A stretch of DNA of 64,000 nt from Candidatus Cloacimonadota bacterium (GCA_963667255.1 OY762940.1:512001-576000); one strand, 5' to 3'; numbered from the stretch's first letter, positions 44,001-46,840 are shown. Program-made: numbers and translations. Notes: generated by a model from the sequence alone, not told the origin.

Positions 44001-46840
44001 GTTATGTTGGAAGGGTAGTTGGTAAGAACGAGAATGTCATTTCTTCAAACTATGCCTATAGGGGTACTATCATCAATGGGGCTGTAATTACCGCCGCACT
44101 AACAGGTGAAAGCACTATTCACGGTAAGTCTGTTTCTATTTTGTCATTTAGTTCCAGTTTCTATGACGGGAAATTGGCTATGGATATGATTAGCACATTT
44201 ACTTGGCCTGCACCTTCAGTGCCTAACGATGTTTTTGTCCCAGCAGGCAAATTTGTACCTATTAGTATTGACTCAGGATACATTGATTGGGGTATCCCAA
44301 ATCCACGAACTTTTGCTGGTGGAGACGGTTCATACTCTAATCCTTACAGTATCAAGACGGTGATAGATTTGAACAATATGCGATATGGTCCAGATATGTA
44401 TTTCCGCTTGGATACGAACCTCGTGGATGCTTCTGCTTTCACTTCGCCTATAGGTACGGCTGATATCCCGTTCGAAGGTTGCTTCTACGGCAATAATCAT
44501 TACATTTCTAAACTCAAAATAACAGTTGGCAGCACCGGTGTAAGCGGTATTTTTGGAATATTAAAAGCCACGGAAAGCGGTAGATTTATCCAAAACTTCG
44601 CCATTATGAATTCCACAATTAACGGCGACAAGAATTGTGTGGGAGCTTTTGCCGGAGTGGATGCCAGCCCCTCAGGTAGACCCTATACATTCAAGAATCT
44701 TCTTTCTTACAACAATAGGATTACCACTACGGGCGACTCTGTGGGTGGCATAGTGGGTAGTGCTCCTTATGCGACCATGACCAATTGTTTGGTAGTGAAC
44801 GGATATTTGGAGGCAAAAAATCACTTGGGTGGTCTGTCCTCTAAGGTGAAAGATTTGGTTAATTGCGGTGTGATAGTAGATACCATGAAAATAACTAATG
44901 CCAACGGGACTATCAACCGATTGGGAAATGTAACTGAAGGTTCGACTGTTGGCGTAGGTTGGTATTTTGGCAAAGTGTTAAAAGCTACTACAGCATTGTC
45001 GCCTGCTGATAGTCCAAATAATAATAACACTGCAACAGGCAACAACGCTACTGCTGGGAATTTTGTAGATTCCACTTATTGGAAGGACAGAGGGTTTACC
45101 CTTGCTAATGGATGGTTGCCTGCTCCAACGGGTAAATTCCAAGTAGCACCAACTCTGAAGAGCATGAACTATGACAGTATAGTGGTGGGCGGACTGTATC
45201 CTACCAGTGGAGACGGAACGATTGCCAGTCCATATAAGATTACCGATACGCTGGGATTGAATATGTTGCATTTCTTCGTCAGTGGAGGACCTCTTGCAGG
45301 GAAGTATGTTGAGGTTGAGATGCCTACTTGTTCTGCTGGCAATAATGTGATAGATTTGGGCAACTCCAGTAGCAATTGGGAACTCGACTTGAACGGAACT
45401 GAAGATGGTAACTGGAGACCGATAGCCGATTTCAGCGGAAACTTGAATTTCAAAAATGGTGGTGTTGACCATTTGAAAATTCAACAAAGCTTTAACAGCA
45501 ATCAAGGATTTTTCGCTTCTGTTACCAGTGGTTATGTGAAAGGTATGGGAATTTACAATTCGAGATTGTCCGGTTGCACCGGAAATGTAGGATGCTTGAT
45601 AGGTGAGCTTAGCGGTGGCTCTGTAGAGGCTGTTGTCGGTAGGCAAAATACCATCGTCAACGGTGCTACTGTGGGTGGATTGGTAGGTAAAATTTCTGGT
45701 GGCTCTATCAAACAAGGAATATTTGTTTGGAGTAGTCTCAACTCAGGAACGATTGTTGGTGGAGCACTTGGTAGCTTTGTAAGCGGTGATATTTCCCGCA
45801 TAGCTGCCATGGGTAATAAGATATCCTCCGAAAACTCTGTTTTTGTTAATACGATATTGGGTTCTGGAGCGAAAAATATAAATACCGACACGCTTATATG
45901 TGACAGCACACTAACGATTATCGGTTCGGGCAATGGGGCTTTCCCGAGTGCTGAAGACGGGAAATTGTATACCATGGTTAACCACATAGGCGACAATAGC
46001 TTGTGGACGAGCAATGGCTTTGACTCTATTACCTATTTCAGAAATTTGAATGAAACCAGAATTATCTTCACTCTAAAAAATGTTCCTCTGGCTGTAGATG
46101 ACGGTATTATGCCTACCTTGAGAGGAGATGGGACTTACGCTGTTCCATACCAAGTCTTTAATCCGGCTTCCTTGAAACAGGTAGGTTACGAGAAATATGT
46201 CCAAGGACCATACTATTTTGTTCAGACTGCCAATATTGATATGAGCGATGTTCCGGACTTCTGGCCTATAGGTTTGAAAGATAATAACAATATTTATAAC
46301 AAAACTTGTGACGGTTTTAAAGGCGTTTATAATGGTCGCGGATACAGAATCTCCGGATTGCATGTTGCTGACACTACCAAGGATTATGCAGGATTATTTG
46401 CCAAATCTGTTGGTTTCACCGATACTATTAAAAATGTTGTTTTGGATAGTGCCAGTATCGTGGGAACTAAATGGGTCGGTGCTCTTGTTGGCTATAACGA
46501 TAGTGCTGTTATACAAGATTGTAGAGTGTTCAAATCTACTGTTAGACAATCTATTGCAAGCATTGTAGCTGGAGGAGTGGGCGGTATTGCAGGATACTCC
46601 AGCAAGACAGTAACCAGATGCTTGTCCGTGAACAACTATATGGCGAGTGGTAATAAAACAAATGATACCAAGATGGGCGGTATCGTGGGTCAAGGTGAGA
46701 GTTTGACAGTTAGCTATAACGCTGTTGTGGGAGCACTGTTCATCAATGAGAAGAGTAGCTTCGTAGGTAGGATATTGGGAGGTGGTAGTTCTATTATTTA
46801 CACCAAGAACTACAGTTGGGAAGGTGTGATGGTCAGATAG
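14084..46840 (+). CDS. Giant 10,918-aa predicted lipoprotein/adhesin: FN3-like repeat stalk + GLUG-type C-terminal repeats
   Basis: Uninterrupted 32.7-kb ORF with RBS. Signal peptide MSNTKGRNYGRYLKIFIGLLLFSLLS-C27 (basic N-region, hydrophobic core, LLSC lipobox). Dozens of ~100-aa modules of pattern P..V.AS.G.Y.D.I.I.W...Y.IYR...Y.D...G..Y.Y.V.A extend to ~38970. Gly-rich repeats follow, with GDG(T/S)...PY.I, PIG...F.G.F.G.G..I and YVGGLVG motifs. Confidence 0.92.
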   Translation: MSNTKGRNYGRYLKIFIGLLLFSLLSCNDMIVNNDEIPVPTNVQASSTYTDRIRVTWTCSDATNFIIYRAESSSTTATNYTKLAEVSGNSYDDKESSLVPGKIYYYKVSSYTSTVSQKSDLTGRGSIKVATLESLSATTDQEYKIVLSWTLPSTLKSSLIEGYVTIYYSSNPSTVMADLSDSISLSNLAGSYNLTNVTIGQTYYIKTKVSVKGTGESDLNLKHSDVSSVVTGKTALTSPKNVIASKGTYSGGIRITWDKVVGATAYLVLRGEVNSSQLTYGTTVGTFYSGVTTYTDRNYVDTTITMGQSYRYAVKTIVTENNNTVTKALNSGINDKDTAGVYLNLGYANYSKLTNQGISTDSIGKVVVSYKAATTSFDSVFVQLYRRNYSSSATLSPLGSPVAISSAVFTMTDISAVPGQKYYYSAKIYRLSGTNKMGESAYADEVVGYSRLESPQNLTATDGSSSANVIASWNKVKGAITYYAYIGTDSTSMSCMGTTQDTFYAFTRAFYETGKIYYFKVRAYNNVYSDFSNIDTGWIRIAAPSSLRVSERLQTTLGLEWASVRNAISYVITRKNNTSNSAYVKVDTISSTSTSYTDTGLVSGASYTYKLYTISNRYLTASSSYQMSEASDTLTTRTLLVAPTLDSVSRDLTDKIIVYWTSNSASSLTGLKYRIYRKNDRGGYDNIGESSTTTFEVPIDSIVLGKVYTFGVSAVYDVESELSLTKTGYSKLDAANSLSATQGLLADTVRLTWHTALKSGAEQFKIVRTKSGENDYLQVGSLTDLTTATVTSTYRGYTYNDVSNLEGGQNYDYKVESYRSDYTLQSGVSKIYSNVATGRIKILPPEIYKVDCGVSSGKITIIFNKLASASSYRCYYSKDGSFSDSTYVSIATGAVTTYAENKLKYEMAISTLGLKDGQLCYFKMAAVVSNEVSALSDMKPGFSLPVKPVICSQGTKGTQDYIHFAWNKVSNPDNIRYEILRTRNSDYSTTIIMTTDSFYKDTSVVPGFKYFYKCRAVDQTALNACNTAYSSAFDSMLVKSLYSDTTSGYVKVGKVKDLSASNNKQDSVELTWTSLAKGVSYDVVRRPVNSTTWSTIISSLDTGWCIDSKTYNNVQGYSYYYKIKSYTNDYPNIYTLSDSVQGHMAPSPPQNVVASKGEYADTIKVSWDTLPMVSSYSVLRIDGNGTLMPISPNVTSSGSRVYFYDINLTKGLGYLYLVRANLDYSMGQTVYSDTSIASLKTSATGYTKLPKVGSITATQGTYRDSIRISWSKVGVATSYSLFRYYQGTLKNEYTVTDTVYLNKRSADLNDGQIYSYVVFAKKGTIESVSSSDTAKGYLQLCGPKNVEATQGLKDTIVISWDTLTATTIDSYYIYLSTNLNVALGGVKSPAKRYAYPVPSADKGATIGFVVKGKSSSFGLSATSDVASGYCLVDTLTNFKAVGADTASANPKVVLSWTSPASADSIRIQVKTGATWDALAVLPKDTTSFTDTGRIVGRSIQYRAQGIRTVSGVERNSGFVYTNISLHIPTIAFDTITKGDYLSYVYLTWPCLPSKDEANFQIFVYETEEKYNSGTVFDTLTVVESGKSSYAFKHSANTAKNGFVKGTKYFYRIRTNTITDGTWSALTPMNPTPSVYYGWSKTPAPILDSVTTNLVGSIKIYWRYGSGASSGQVRTVGFGITKIADVSGTYLERNTEIFSGQYYTISVRAINPAIRDTSDWSNSLIGLAQVGPPSVFSASDGTKNDTVQLSWGISGTTPNYGAEKYVIERGLDTSNFNVLQTVEDNSWNIGEQARTLTYNDVLTNSEIGKMYYYRIYAKGGVGNTSAPSKIDSGWAKIPAPEITGYTGYNGSLPLETDSIRVTWSDPCSLATASTVYNIVVTMNGNTTNHIRNWNSKSFSLNIAQADRYQGINVKIYSARNTFGNSLETASLLTYTILPVVAKGDIIKSLTATDKGVSLSYKGTNAWVDSIIFLRKVSGSTVSTQVAKVANPGSSITVTYGDSSGLILSTVYGYSFKLYSKYAGYSVESDTVSVKTKVIPPESFSATKGTSTSNVTMSWTSVASGTRKISYNIYADTVYQDFKASVAAGNKMISPAVASSPVSFTAGTLLNSWLTLERGRKYYFTATTNETSIYAGVNSISVPSNIDSGYISLAKPVLDSVSKGAYSDSIIVRWRACNAYKHNTYVKYKLYWSCDGGAQSTKIISSSDYTYDGTYIRYALPKTEGSITNLLAKKVYTFKVRGVMTASASTFEDSSEISISGLTGWLALARPTSFKANYSGYSPDKIQLRWNNPDNLLVRIYMSNNKSTLWDNFLYSAAKGATTYDVPIESDTNRGVYKYFGARFYDQTFGLSNIADTGCQDSGLAQIDTIKITSVSRGDYLDSILVYWDSLPNVNQYQVRVDDISGNLVQSYSWSSYSVFRETFKGSNLTKGQKYYFKVKARNSAIPIPAVEGSFQSKGVYGFTQLPKVTGVTATDGIHSDRIRIQWTALSGAQEYVVYRSEDTISVGSPIATVTTNSHDDSASTLVFAKDYYYRILGVNSWTRDISASKKNYSAFDTGWIKLPIVKNISASKGTLEGKILVSWDQLSRVDGYYIDTCGYGLSTYGTLDSITSASTSRVYYYESNGLKLGRCYYFKVRAYTGNRSNSLSEVTADSGYMSLGKVQNVRASQGTYADSIRVLFNKVTGYTQANQYELQRYSVSKTNTATVGQYASFAIVADTVAVVDTSFNPEREGFIYKYRVRIAIPSQLLWSEWSDWGLEGWSSLPKLAIKVYDEQDSLKVDTIKVHWDTSSFAGRSATKIELQYGADTVSFSKSVILNKQEQLDKGYLMLDAENYVTIKQGQVFYFRAKIYRTEGTSEISSAFSAIDSGWYQLKKVTMSTMGLGQYADSIYVSWTPQSSLPSLVLSAMTYEIFRNGVRLDSVIGGKTSYYDTTGIDRGKSFTYAIRASHNKFKKSSVSDSAKGYATILTPMLDTVRVSGDDLKVEWRYSTGVDIDSFYVYRLESRDASLPEPTHSAAYSSAVSSYSWTNTACEKGKDYFYCVRAYKRGLSLSDTSQIKSNYIKLDVPVIDTVSRGTSTSQIVIKWKDDTYAKQLSIVRDTLSNFSTAKILDTVNFTVKTYTDANNLQDGKIYYYKINSIRGRFTSDTSKFVAGYTSYKVPAFDGIVNNEDSIQVKWKENGSSADSVLLVIGNDVQVTSPLDSMQTGDKETKNLITKFNSPTWFVRGKEYYIRIKGISHYNTVKREGNSAEKFAVCSDYANAKICYSSLQVPQISVTRNLLDTVKVSWNKMASDVVSVVRVEWKQGAFGVAGDSIYRELNNDGVDTVLEIKVDSSEYKLLAATKYKFRVRFFRGTISSAYSNVDTGWSKLPAPVSLSVSRATYDDSLRFTWNNYLNGTDKNKDSTYEYVLEYEKNSSYALFKRISARESFYDVVYNANSIPLGVETKFRIRGVYRAGEKIDSVTTNLPTATGWTRLIPPIDTAADSSTVSKNIVGKIKIKWTNKLTDATQKTAYNNMGVVYQVERRKSTESFIESGYQTVSSYLVDSFIDSSNLWPQYTYYYRVRYFSPHYYNLLGSTSKSISPWVEIKDSGYLKLATPTVEVGVVGTYYTDSVLLRVKRVYGSDSLYLYRKSADETGYTLWDTVIFPSTSTLIYGAKSYYTDARKIRRGQAYSYKAVALAGIRKSDTSAACSTFTLLGKVSNVVATDATSEDSVVVTWDTVAFADFYDIRVENENGATLFGTVRLNKQDTIIAVKKKSLGGLLDYGVIYKFGVIGKSKNCVYNGDTLGTEAVYDKGYLRFTKPTITALSKDSVGKIKIGVSYPNSGFTFKVYRSPDSAYFKNTTNQYDKYEKIEAILTDSGNGGYQCVDYTSVTNGTNGVHYAYFIQAVSGSIASAISDSTKSDTATDINKRFGYSKIAAYPGELSATKGISTDSLVVSWPVPEIASKLDSIKYQWFEYKDDVAKDSGIVKGTKVVRDTTTNARGVRYKYRIKLKAYDKNGNNYTTSDISLDSKTGWISLDTPTIVLTRDALKNNVISISNSTLPFGLFRTINGVSMSEIRVSAGKSYTDSVLYANYYVGKHVSYTVKTYNSDFTLQSPFSLAVDTYYYIYPPAYFAASQGTYENKISLNWAWKNQEKAHVDSFILYRYNNSVLSKRVALTESNLTINLAGDSLLYYDIDEIKQGVSYRYGIKTKRVNTGFSNRESDTTWNIKNGYATFSAPQNLTASKTAKQVTIKWDSLRNQGSVGGYILFYTADKSKALSLWDTAVVTDTVLTQSGTKAVPEGTIRWYKVAAFSSIVDTGTVSTSDVYGYALMNAPSGLNCCEAVSVDSIRVTWTKKADIYKTYYLQWALDTASNSNGTFVKPLGEKGDYDYSTSSFVLDSFTIPITADSLRGRRIYVKLWAQNSYGRSEPALDSGYTRLAKLTSLSVSKGLRKDSLRISFAKPSDANTASFNLIVDTLGSNFSSPERKIESIVTMDTILKVNHSGYYYKVGVSANSNLTGAGSDTIWDSGYSKIPAPTGITAEALKTGYNKITWNKGYIGANQEISYSVYRKDNSNAVATVVNRYKDASASATSSLIDSSCMPGYHYEYYLRAYATSRPFNSSVSIESDTSAHASVDTKIGIIANFIQDTNAFSQTSASLYWSQRGDLVNYEIWYSRFADTTTAKKIDVTIANSNFYTSISDSLANFPGMLWHFWIKAKTASGLTGTWTPDNDTGLLVYTLPSISTIDSVSEGVSEDTIYVRWSKSKYSKFRLAYRKSSATTWDTLSARADTIAKISKTTHSLIRGEQYYFKVNSLIDSGTVSPMGSTHGAYGRYLESGYSESKVGYLKYDTIANFRVYNQADSIKDDRINLYWDKTEGSNVSYLLYRSTTSDVSTASLMSMSTLTDVGYYEDARANNGSAPLPGKAYYYWITAKKNTLPNSEGEKKKLRGYANNAFNGVDSAWTKLIAPSNLKVSGVFYSSTMKNDKSLSYTDSIVIRWNKMSSVDSFRLQGSIGSTIYLDTFVSDTHVCWKGMVRGKVYSFKVCAFNSLVGKTSPKWTDAVNGFAMLKAPTSVTLKQDTINCGVVVSIDTVHLADKYLLYSHSTGGSFEKLFEVPHAIRSPLDTLDNTLLPGKKVWYCVTAYNGTTGGSDSSAIVDTFCPVLPPNGLSATKGTRSGDVYITWNLDRFTKGVDSFRLYRDSLAGIWTEGDHIATVKTFSGALVEYYDVLGSVSAASDTLFSGKKYKYALKSYANGYSSKFTSNEKVDTGWVALPDVNKVRGTFVKAGTDSIKLYLTVSKLANKNVGYVYRRVKMKRGSFDTTYVTTLLTNDSLVKDGNNLKEGMVYSYEFKAYNSNFIGLAAHGAPSVWSNKTGAQLGSAGMISANWSTLTYGGKKFAAPTIHAVRNFDSLKVDTITFSWQSDSLVTHYNFVRDTTVAFSSPVAFGLTNNSLRSLDSYFYAPAEGLAKTQPYYFKMQKQNQEYEMTAWDSLSSPWSAIDSSWSKLIPPKGVTATTKIVDTIRVNWNKYSWKDTVSYVVVSKNSAGTWVATTVGNFDSLRFRSTYADGEKEIGVYTTHAKFGSSDTSSPLVIGMGKIESPTFADGPTRGRYLDSVVMVMNEAGMNSAKTKFRMYYSTDKTSPAISSINPDDGDYFASDSNRLVFKSGSGLYTSGYGAKVYFRVAWSLGSIYSEKSAVDSGWTKLDTPTNFQSRPLEDPLDTMAIKLIWSNPANVDTVKIYRTRVKDNSFVLRKDVLTSGSNGSFIDIIPEEDRRKTYYYKIMATNKLDSTDSKFTDSVKAFVAIYNITNFSATDGAKRDTIELSWKADLDTNFTIRIYTDRDHNSVVDSIKNLKASAGKSWIPNKTTTFPGYWYYFRVNLEGDENSPTVKFAAVDSGYALIPEISRDSVIITNDTSKIKLGTRIANVDDSAFTQFDATGAFRLNYVSKIYVSKYNAITGVFTIVDTLLTGKKIVKDIDLTYGKINRYSLKFVNQVSTGFERDYYSFTTLRKPATPTWSSSDLSLTQIKLRVFKGNNDATLIDSVVLYRLDSKGNKDTMVYAFSTTMEPNSLIDTLKLTQALFYSYKAAFYNNKTGISRICDSIDSVYVKLQAPVFDSISKGTNRDTIYIRWKTVSAASKGYRLYRNENYPEGSFSLLKSFGIKTDTFYKDSSVYEQCKNIYYRLLAVGEDTTSLLSDCTPDYGSRAFRGVKNLVSKNVPQLSKVQLEFSVPSTISLSNPEPAEKFDKGVQLMRYDTISDTAKTNSIYSPRVTVINNGSGSYSLEDDSLLIGQLYFYRVLVKSTVSASVSELSNIAEGYILPPPITGVSATIGAKIDTIVLSWTRISPATLRRDTVDAQIIYRSNDGFVSNKDSLTIGGKDSIFADCGTKMGNLLKPGHDYSYKIKAVVKINEPDTGGRIFETTLYSAYSNVASGWAQMGALANNQVTVVKTDTSKINRRYPPATIADSVVQINFTNLPTYATYLNIYRKTMGTTQFIFADTVKFSGTSVTYCDTVTGSRNRGDVLLYRIKLGANHEAEKYFDTASYTNLQQAVSITTLSYDTSMVKLMVTLAYNSYANTDSLLMSRYSMSDVLQDSFLTAVGGRMVTVVDTGGTPGTLYKYKAALFNSATGYSPYSSVVDTIGKVILPPRFDTITKGVYEDSISIVWHKNKYASKGYILYRDTSGLTGSVDALYDSIYTITSISDTVYADKKTYPASKHIYYKVVSVGTDTKSSKSAKDYGYLKYKGIKDLVVKGWSNSLFTDSLQINWTMPTALPIDSIFVSRLTDVDSSANLDTLTAHRLANSLIAPRISIVTNGDYTNYKYLNSSASSELLLGQLYFYRIRIKITGITEASTPSNLGIGYLNLPKVSNVYATTGEGDSIVISWTKLPRVKTDKVDSYRVYRSDGQKISVSGDIGEVTDYSFGTSLYGTLLSKGASYKYAVVAEMKIDQDTLPGTSPGKFVKVLLSPISDSALGYTFPDSAHIDTVSKGTVQDFIAIGYRTPKNADTVALYRKLTSDVGWPSTALSGLPGNVSTTAYYNDSAIVTGAMYQYKILVRKGAVDKYTRIDSGYSFLSAPDSILIANNGENSKLIMLKIFSPNVQSYQDSILIHRASLSLSDTDSVSYRVPSPLIGNMYIVNDTHNIHQGVFYKYKVRFKNELGSSPYTAAKNTKAYAKLDVPSLKSVSVREYPDTIKLVWSKVSHASRGYVIWADSTLNTDGTIASAYKIIDSTTSVNDTIYKDTTNYLPEQTIYYKVQSFGPDTTSALSSAERGSLKYKGLDSLNIDINNPKVDTIYFSWALPTTIVNPQFTFYKYDSVTKIDSLTDVYKMSNISAYKVAGVDTLYYAMETPASDVLTIGNLYFYRCVVSIGGLASNASKAKYGFLAMPEVKGFSASAGGARTPEFVIYQDSIVISWKKVSYFKSGESPEYILNKYDTSGAKIGSITIRDTMYVDSVGGRGFGTAIERGQSYKYSVKAKFTISEAIIGGTATHTILSKDSTIVTGYTFPDSAHIISVSKGTITDTIKVEFTTPKYADSIVLYRTNSGNITKRLDTLRINAISTTNYIDSSSDLIASSNYVYQIRVYKNGLINLSNLDTGYIKLAAPDSVWCERSDQYASGYKDTSEIVIKWNYEKNAHGYWVYLAKSSLKTNFAPIDSTQLPSVYDTMLKYQPKDFLNRADSINDYYFVVKSYVRNQDGNIRYSDISMEDSGAVVSQSVVGISAKYDSGKDSIVVKWTGLRANYNRSEVDSFVVYQAANTKQSTGFTRVASTKDTIISIDSNRTSAGNFYYYKVKVYYNNDKRVSVYSPVTSENDVYLPLGKANLRVSRNKKQLTVIFDTIANVTAYKLYRYIDTLPSTYSPVKTWTNTSATSAASGDSVTWIDASVLQGKIYYYGMVVGKTVVVDGETLTCSSNFGFSVAQRKCGYIRSYFSLVDFDFVSGGLKLFWSRGINFADGVIPEYYDLTRGVSPAIGSFVNISDKVTKKVSTSDAKDTIFTIKDSGTGLFTTAKEIGKRYRYLLRARITSKLQDTMYVVSDSMDMLYDYHWANDSATTNSKYSASKGNYRDRILFRFTQFKPCRDTADYDTLGITPDTLSYYVVARYKENALGCYIMEDKDTVHVSDMAVISSYGGLDEYYIDDNGEDSIFTTALADAVQYTYSVQGFIDYGGGTVFSSKVIKDSSICNGHLKMPSLTLTDIGYILVDSVRYGIKIKWDKPSTASCSYIVGRDTVPTFAEQSDNYVPAAMDTILASGNLILNDTMFLDSNTTASPLGKTSLGYTYYYRVKRGVESSSKDTIYTSWSNVVYKTYGMVNNVYNITTASEFNDVATQINSGKLNKSISVELAKDITFAGVDTLVPMGNSAHPFMGEFNGKGHTVHVSVMNLSDTRLGLFGGVSSATITNLKIVYDSAVTTTSKYFGGLVAELVGAATIKGVDVTFKDTITGADYVGGLIGGGSGAATLRNDSVYLSGNITGGLYVGGFAGELVGYSTVDSCQVSASSSSIVSTNAVGGGFVGYFRGTMTNSQMDLAGQVKVRTGASGTQVRLGGLVGEDLGKSSYKNVTIKNRPTVDAGVSTVSQAIVGGLVGYSRAESISDISMGSVKSVRGIASGAVYAGGVVGMFDYASGYMEKFNLQGCDSIVGRSTSGDVCVGLIAGRTEEISSTVSIGSASDTIRVSLASGKYLSASSTSGKLYLGGAVGYSEDLVLKNTKIDSIQFNANGLYGCVGGAVGYESTNGSKYTSVIVGSNVALNSGLSSVKELYAGGLVGVANSSTTSGTKVAAKFDFTNSAFASNKVYLGGVYGHASSSDIDLTGIEKLSLDSFAFKVGNNSVVGGYAGILDVKTFTLDTTTISKIKFSSTSVNTAGDSSSVGGIAGSCVASGVLNINYGGSVNLFVAGGKLSNVGGLFGKMSVPVGATLIDTSAGGITLSAGTSGAGVGSWYGGLVGHTYGGTLKGLRVRATIDSAKIVGGLVGKLSGSAILKTSYADSLVTINGGTFVGGLVGEVVENDNATGISECYVYGIKTSGDLGEVGLLVGKLTKGYISSSYAILNKIDRTGTGNNALFVGKMADGKVLNSYAIHNGVKVSGASAYSDITKRFGTYTAGDTSGAITAENRILMSQEITGSVNYELRNLYSYPVLVNNVREIDTSVLSNSLRMTRDNNGKYVVTKPIQLDAIGDVRLVGQDYNKVNSTYFPAGLRLVDSFILGNNLDFTGYIGYSPIGYANYNKAFTGSLFGDGKTIKGLDVSYSNLGVISTVSYRGLVGHFAGGVIEKLRISKAVSVATGGDYCAVVCGKLESGVIDQVQVDSANINIGSGKNISLVCGEITGGTIQNVNTIRNHILGLRAVGSLIGKMSGGTISKSISTADSVVSEVGNVGGIVAEQTGGKVTKIYSAARILGGTNIYKVSSLGGGSVDSAYSLGETNLIKDNDTSWAIGLGITTYNGKNLFLNVTKASDLITNLNLGSSEWTTATAVRTVPALSIFNSSVTTINEGEILSALGVPEKTMEIPTPTALSFVSSYSTLSSVDSFVVTKNLVFTSSDDFYEGEGNLEPIASLNGKVFSGKGHTIKNLKIVTNGTKSGLISELTGGAIIENLGLINCEVTANSAGATVGMLVGNVSTGIVRDIYMADCRVIATGAGSSVGGVIGKSNVSGDDCDRIIALNTSLRGNTTSSYVGGIVGSATGKFNYMFAFNDTLIGKTMGRISGSGGTIADAYAWALDTVGRGSTIGLATIHGKTTDFPSILNKDIYNNFVSQPAWTWTEDKDNWQCAPLLAYMDSTDASPEVLRFFGGYGSKDMPFQIKTLPQLNLVRAFAQSGKYFKMRGNINCDNINFDGDDSNGNWKPIGGKDGYFLGHFNGNGYSVYNMKIKNVSPAGLFASLGTTGKTDVDVKYLSIYDAEITHTGTLVAGNLSAYNYGIVNNVLGKDGKISSSDGTYIGGILGQNIGKISSCASAANKLTGKTVGGVVGHNKGNLLLCGSVNDSITASTGYVGRVVGKNENVISSNYAYRGTIINGAVITAALTGESTIHGKSVSILSFSSSFYDGKLAMDMISTFTWPAPSVPNDVFVPAGKFVPISIDSGYIDWGIPNPRTFAGGDGSYSNPYSIKTVIDLNNMRYGPDMYFRLDTNLVDASAFTSPIGTADIPFEGCFYGNNHYISKLKITVGSTGVSGIFGILKATESGRFIQNFAIMNSTINGDKNCVGAFAGVDASPSGRPYTFKNLLSYNNRITTTGDSVGGIVGSAPYATMTNCLVVNGYLEAKNHLGGLSSKVKDLVNCGVIVDTMKITNANGTINRLGNVTEGSTVGVGWYFGKVLKATTALSPADSPNNNNTATGNNATAGNFVDSTYWKDRGFTLANGWLPAPTGKFQVAPTLKSMNYDSIVVGGLYPTSGDGTIASPYKITDTLGLNMLHFFVSGGPLAGKYVEVEMPTCSAGNNVIDLGNSSSNWELDLNGTEDGNWRPIADFSGNLNFKNGGVDHLKIQQSFNSNQGFFASVTSGYVKGMGIYNSRLSGCTGNVGCLIGELSGGSVEAVVGRQNTIVNGATVGGLVGKISGGSIKQGIFVWSSLNSGTIVGGALGSFVSGDISRIAAMGNKISSENSVFVNTILGSGAKNINTDTLICDSTLTIIGSGNGAFPSAEDGKLYTMVNHIGDNSLWTSNGFDSITYFRNLNETRIIFTLKNVPLAVDDGIMPTLRGDGTYAVPYQVFNPASLKQVGYEKYVQGPYYFVQTANIDMSDVPDFWPIGLKDNNNIYNKTCDGFKGVYNGRGYRISGLHVADTTKDYAGLFAKSVGFTDTIKNVVLDSASIVGTKWVGALVGYNDSAVIQDCRVFKSTVRQSIASIVAGGVGGIAGYSSKTVTRCLSVNNYMASGNKTNDTKMGGIVGQGESLTVSYNAVVGALFINEKSSFVGRILGGGSSIIYTKNYSWEGVMVR
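32050..36840 (+). repeat. Three ~525-545-aa internal super-repeats (about five FN3-like modules each)
   Basis: G(Q/N)LYFYR recurs at ~32909, ~34544 and ~36116, with matching flanking motifs (AS(K/R)GY, G(V/I/L).. L, D(S/T)IV.SW). The upstream paralog has the same motif at ~696 and ~2271. Confidence 0.8.

Noticed and set aside
32..46693. Dozens of 60-340-aa antisense and alternate-frame ORFs inside the two giant genes
   Set aside because: Shadow ORFs expected from the codon bias of long coding frames; no recognisable motifs.
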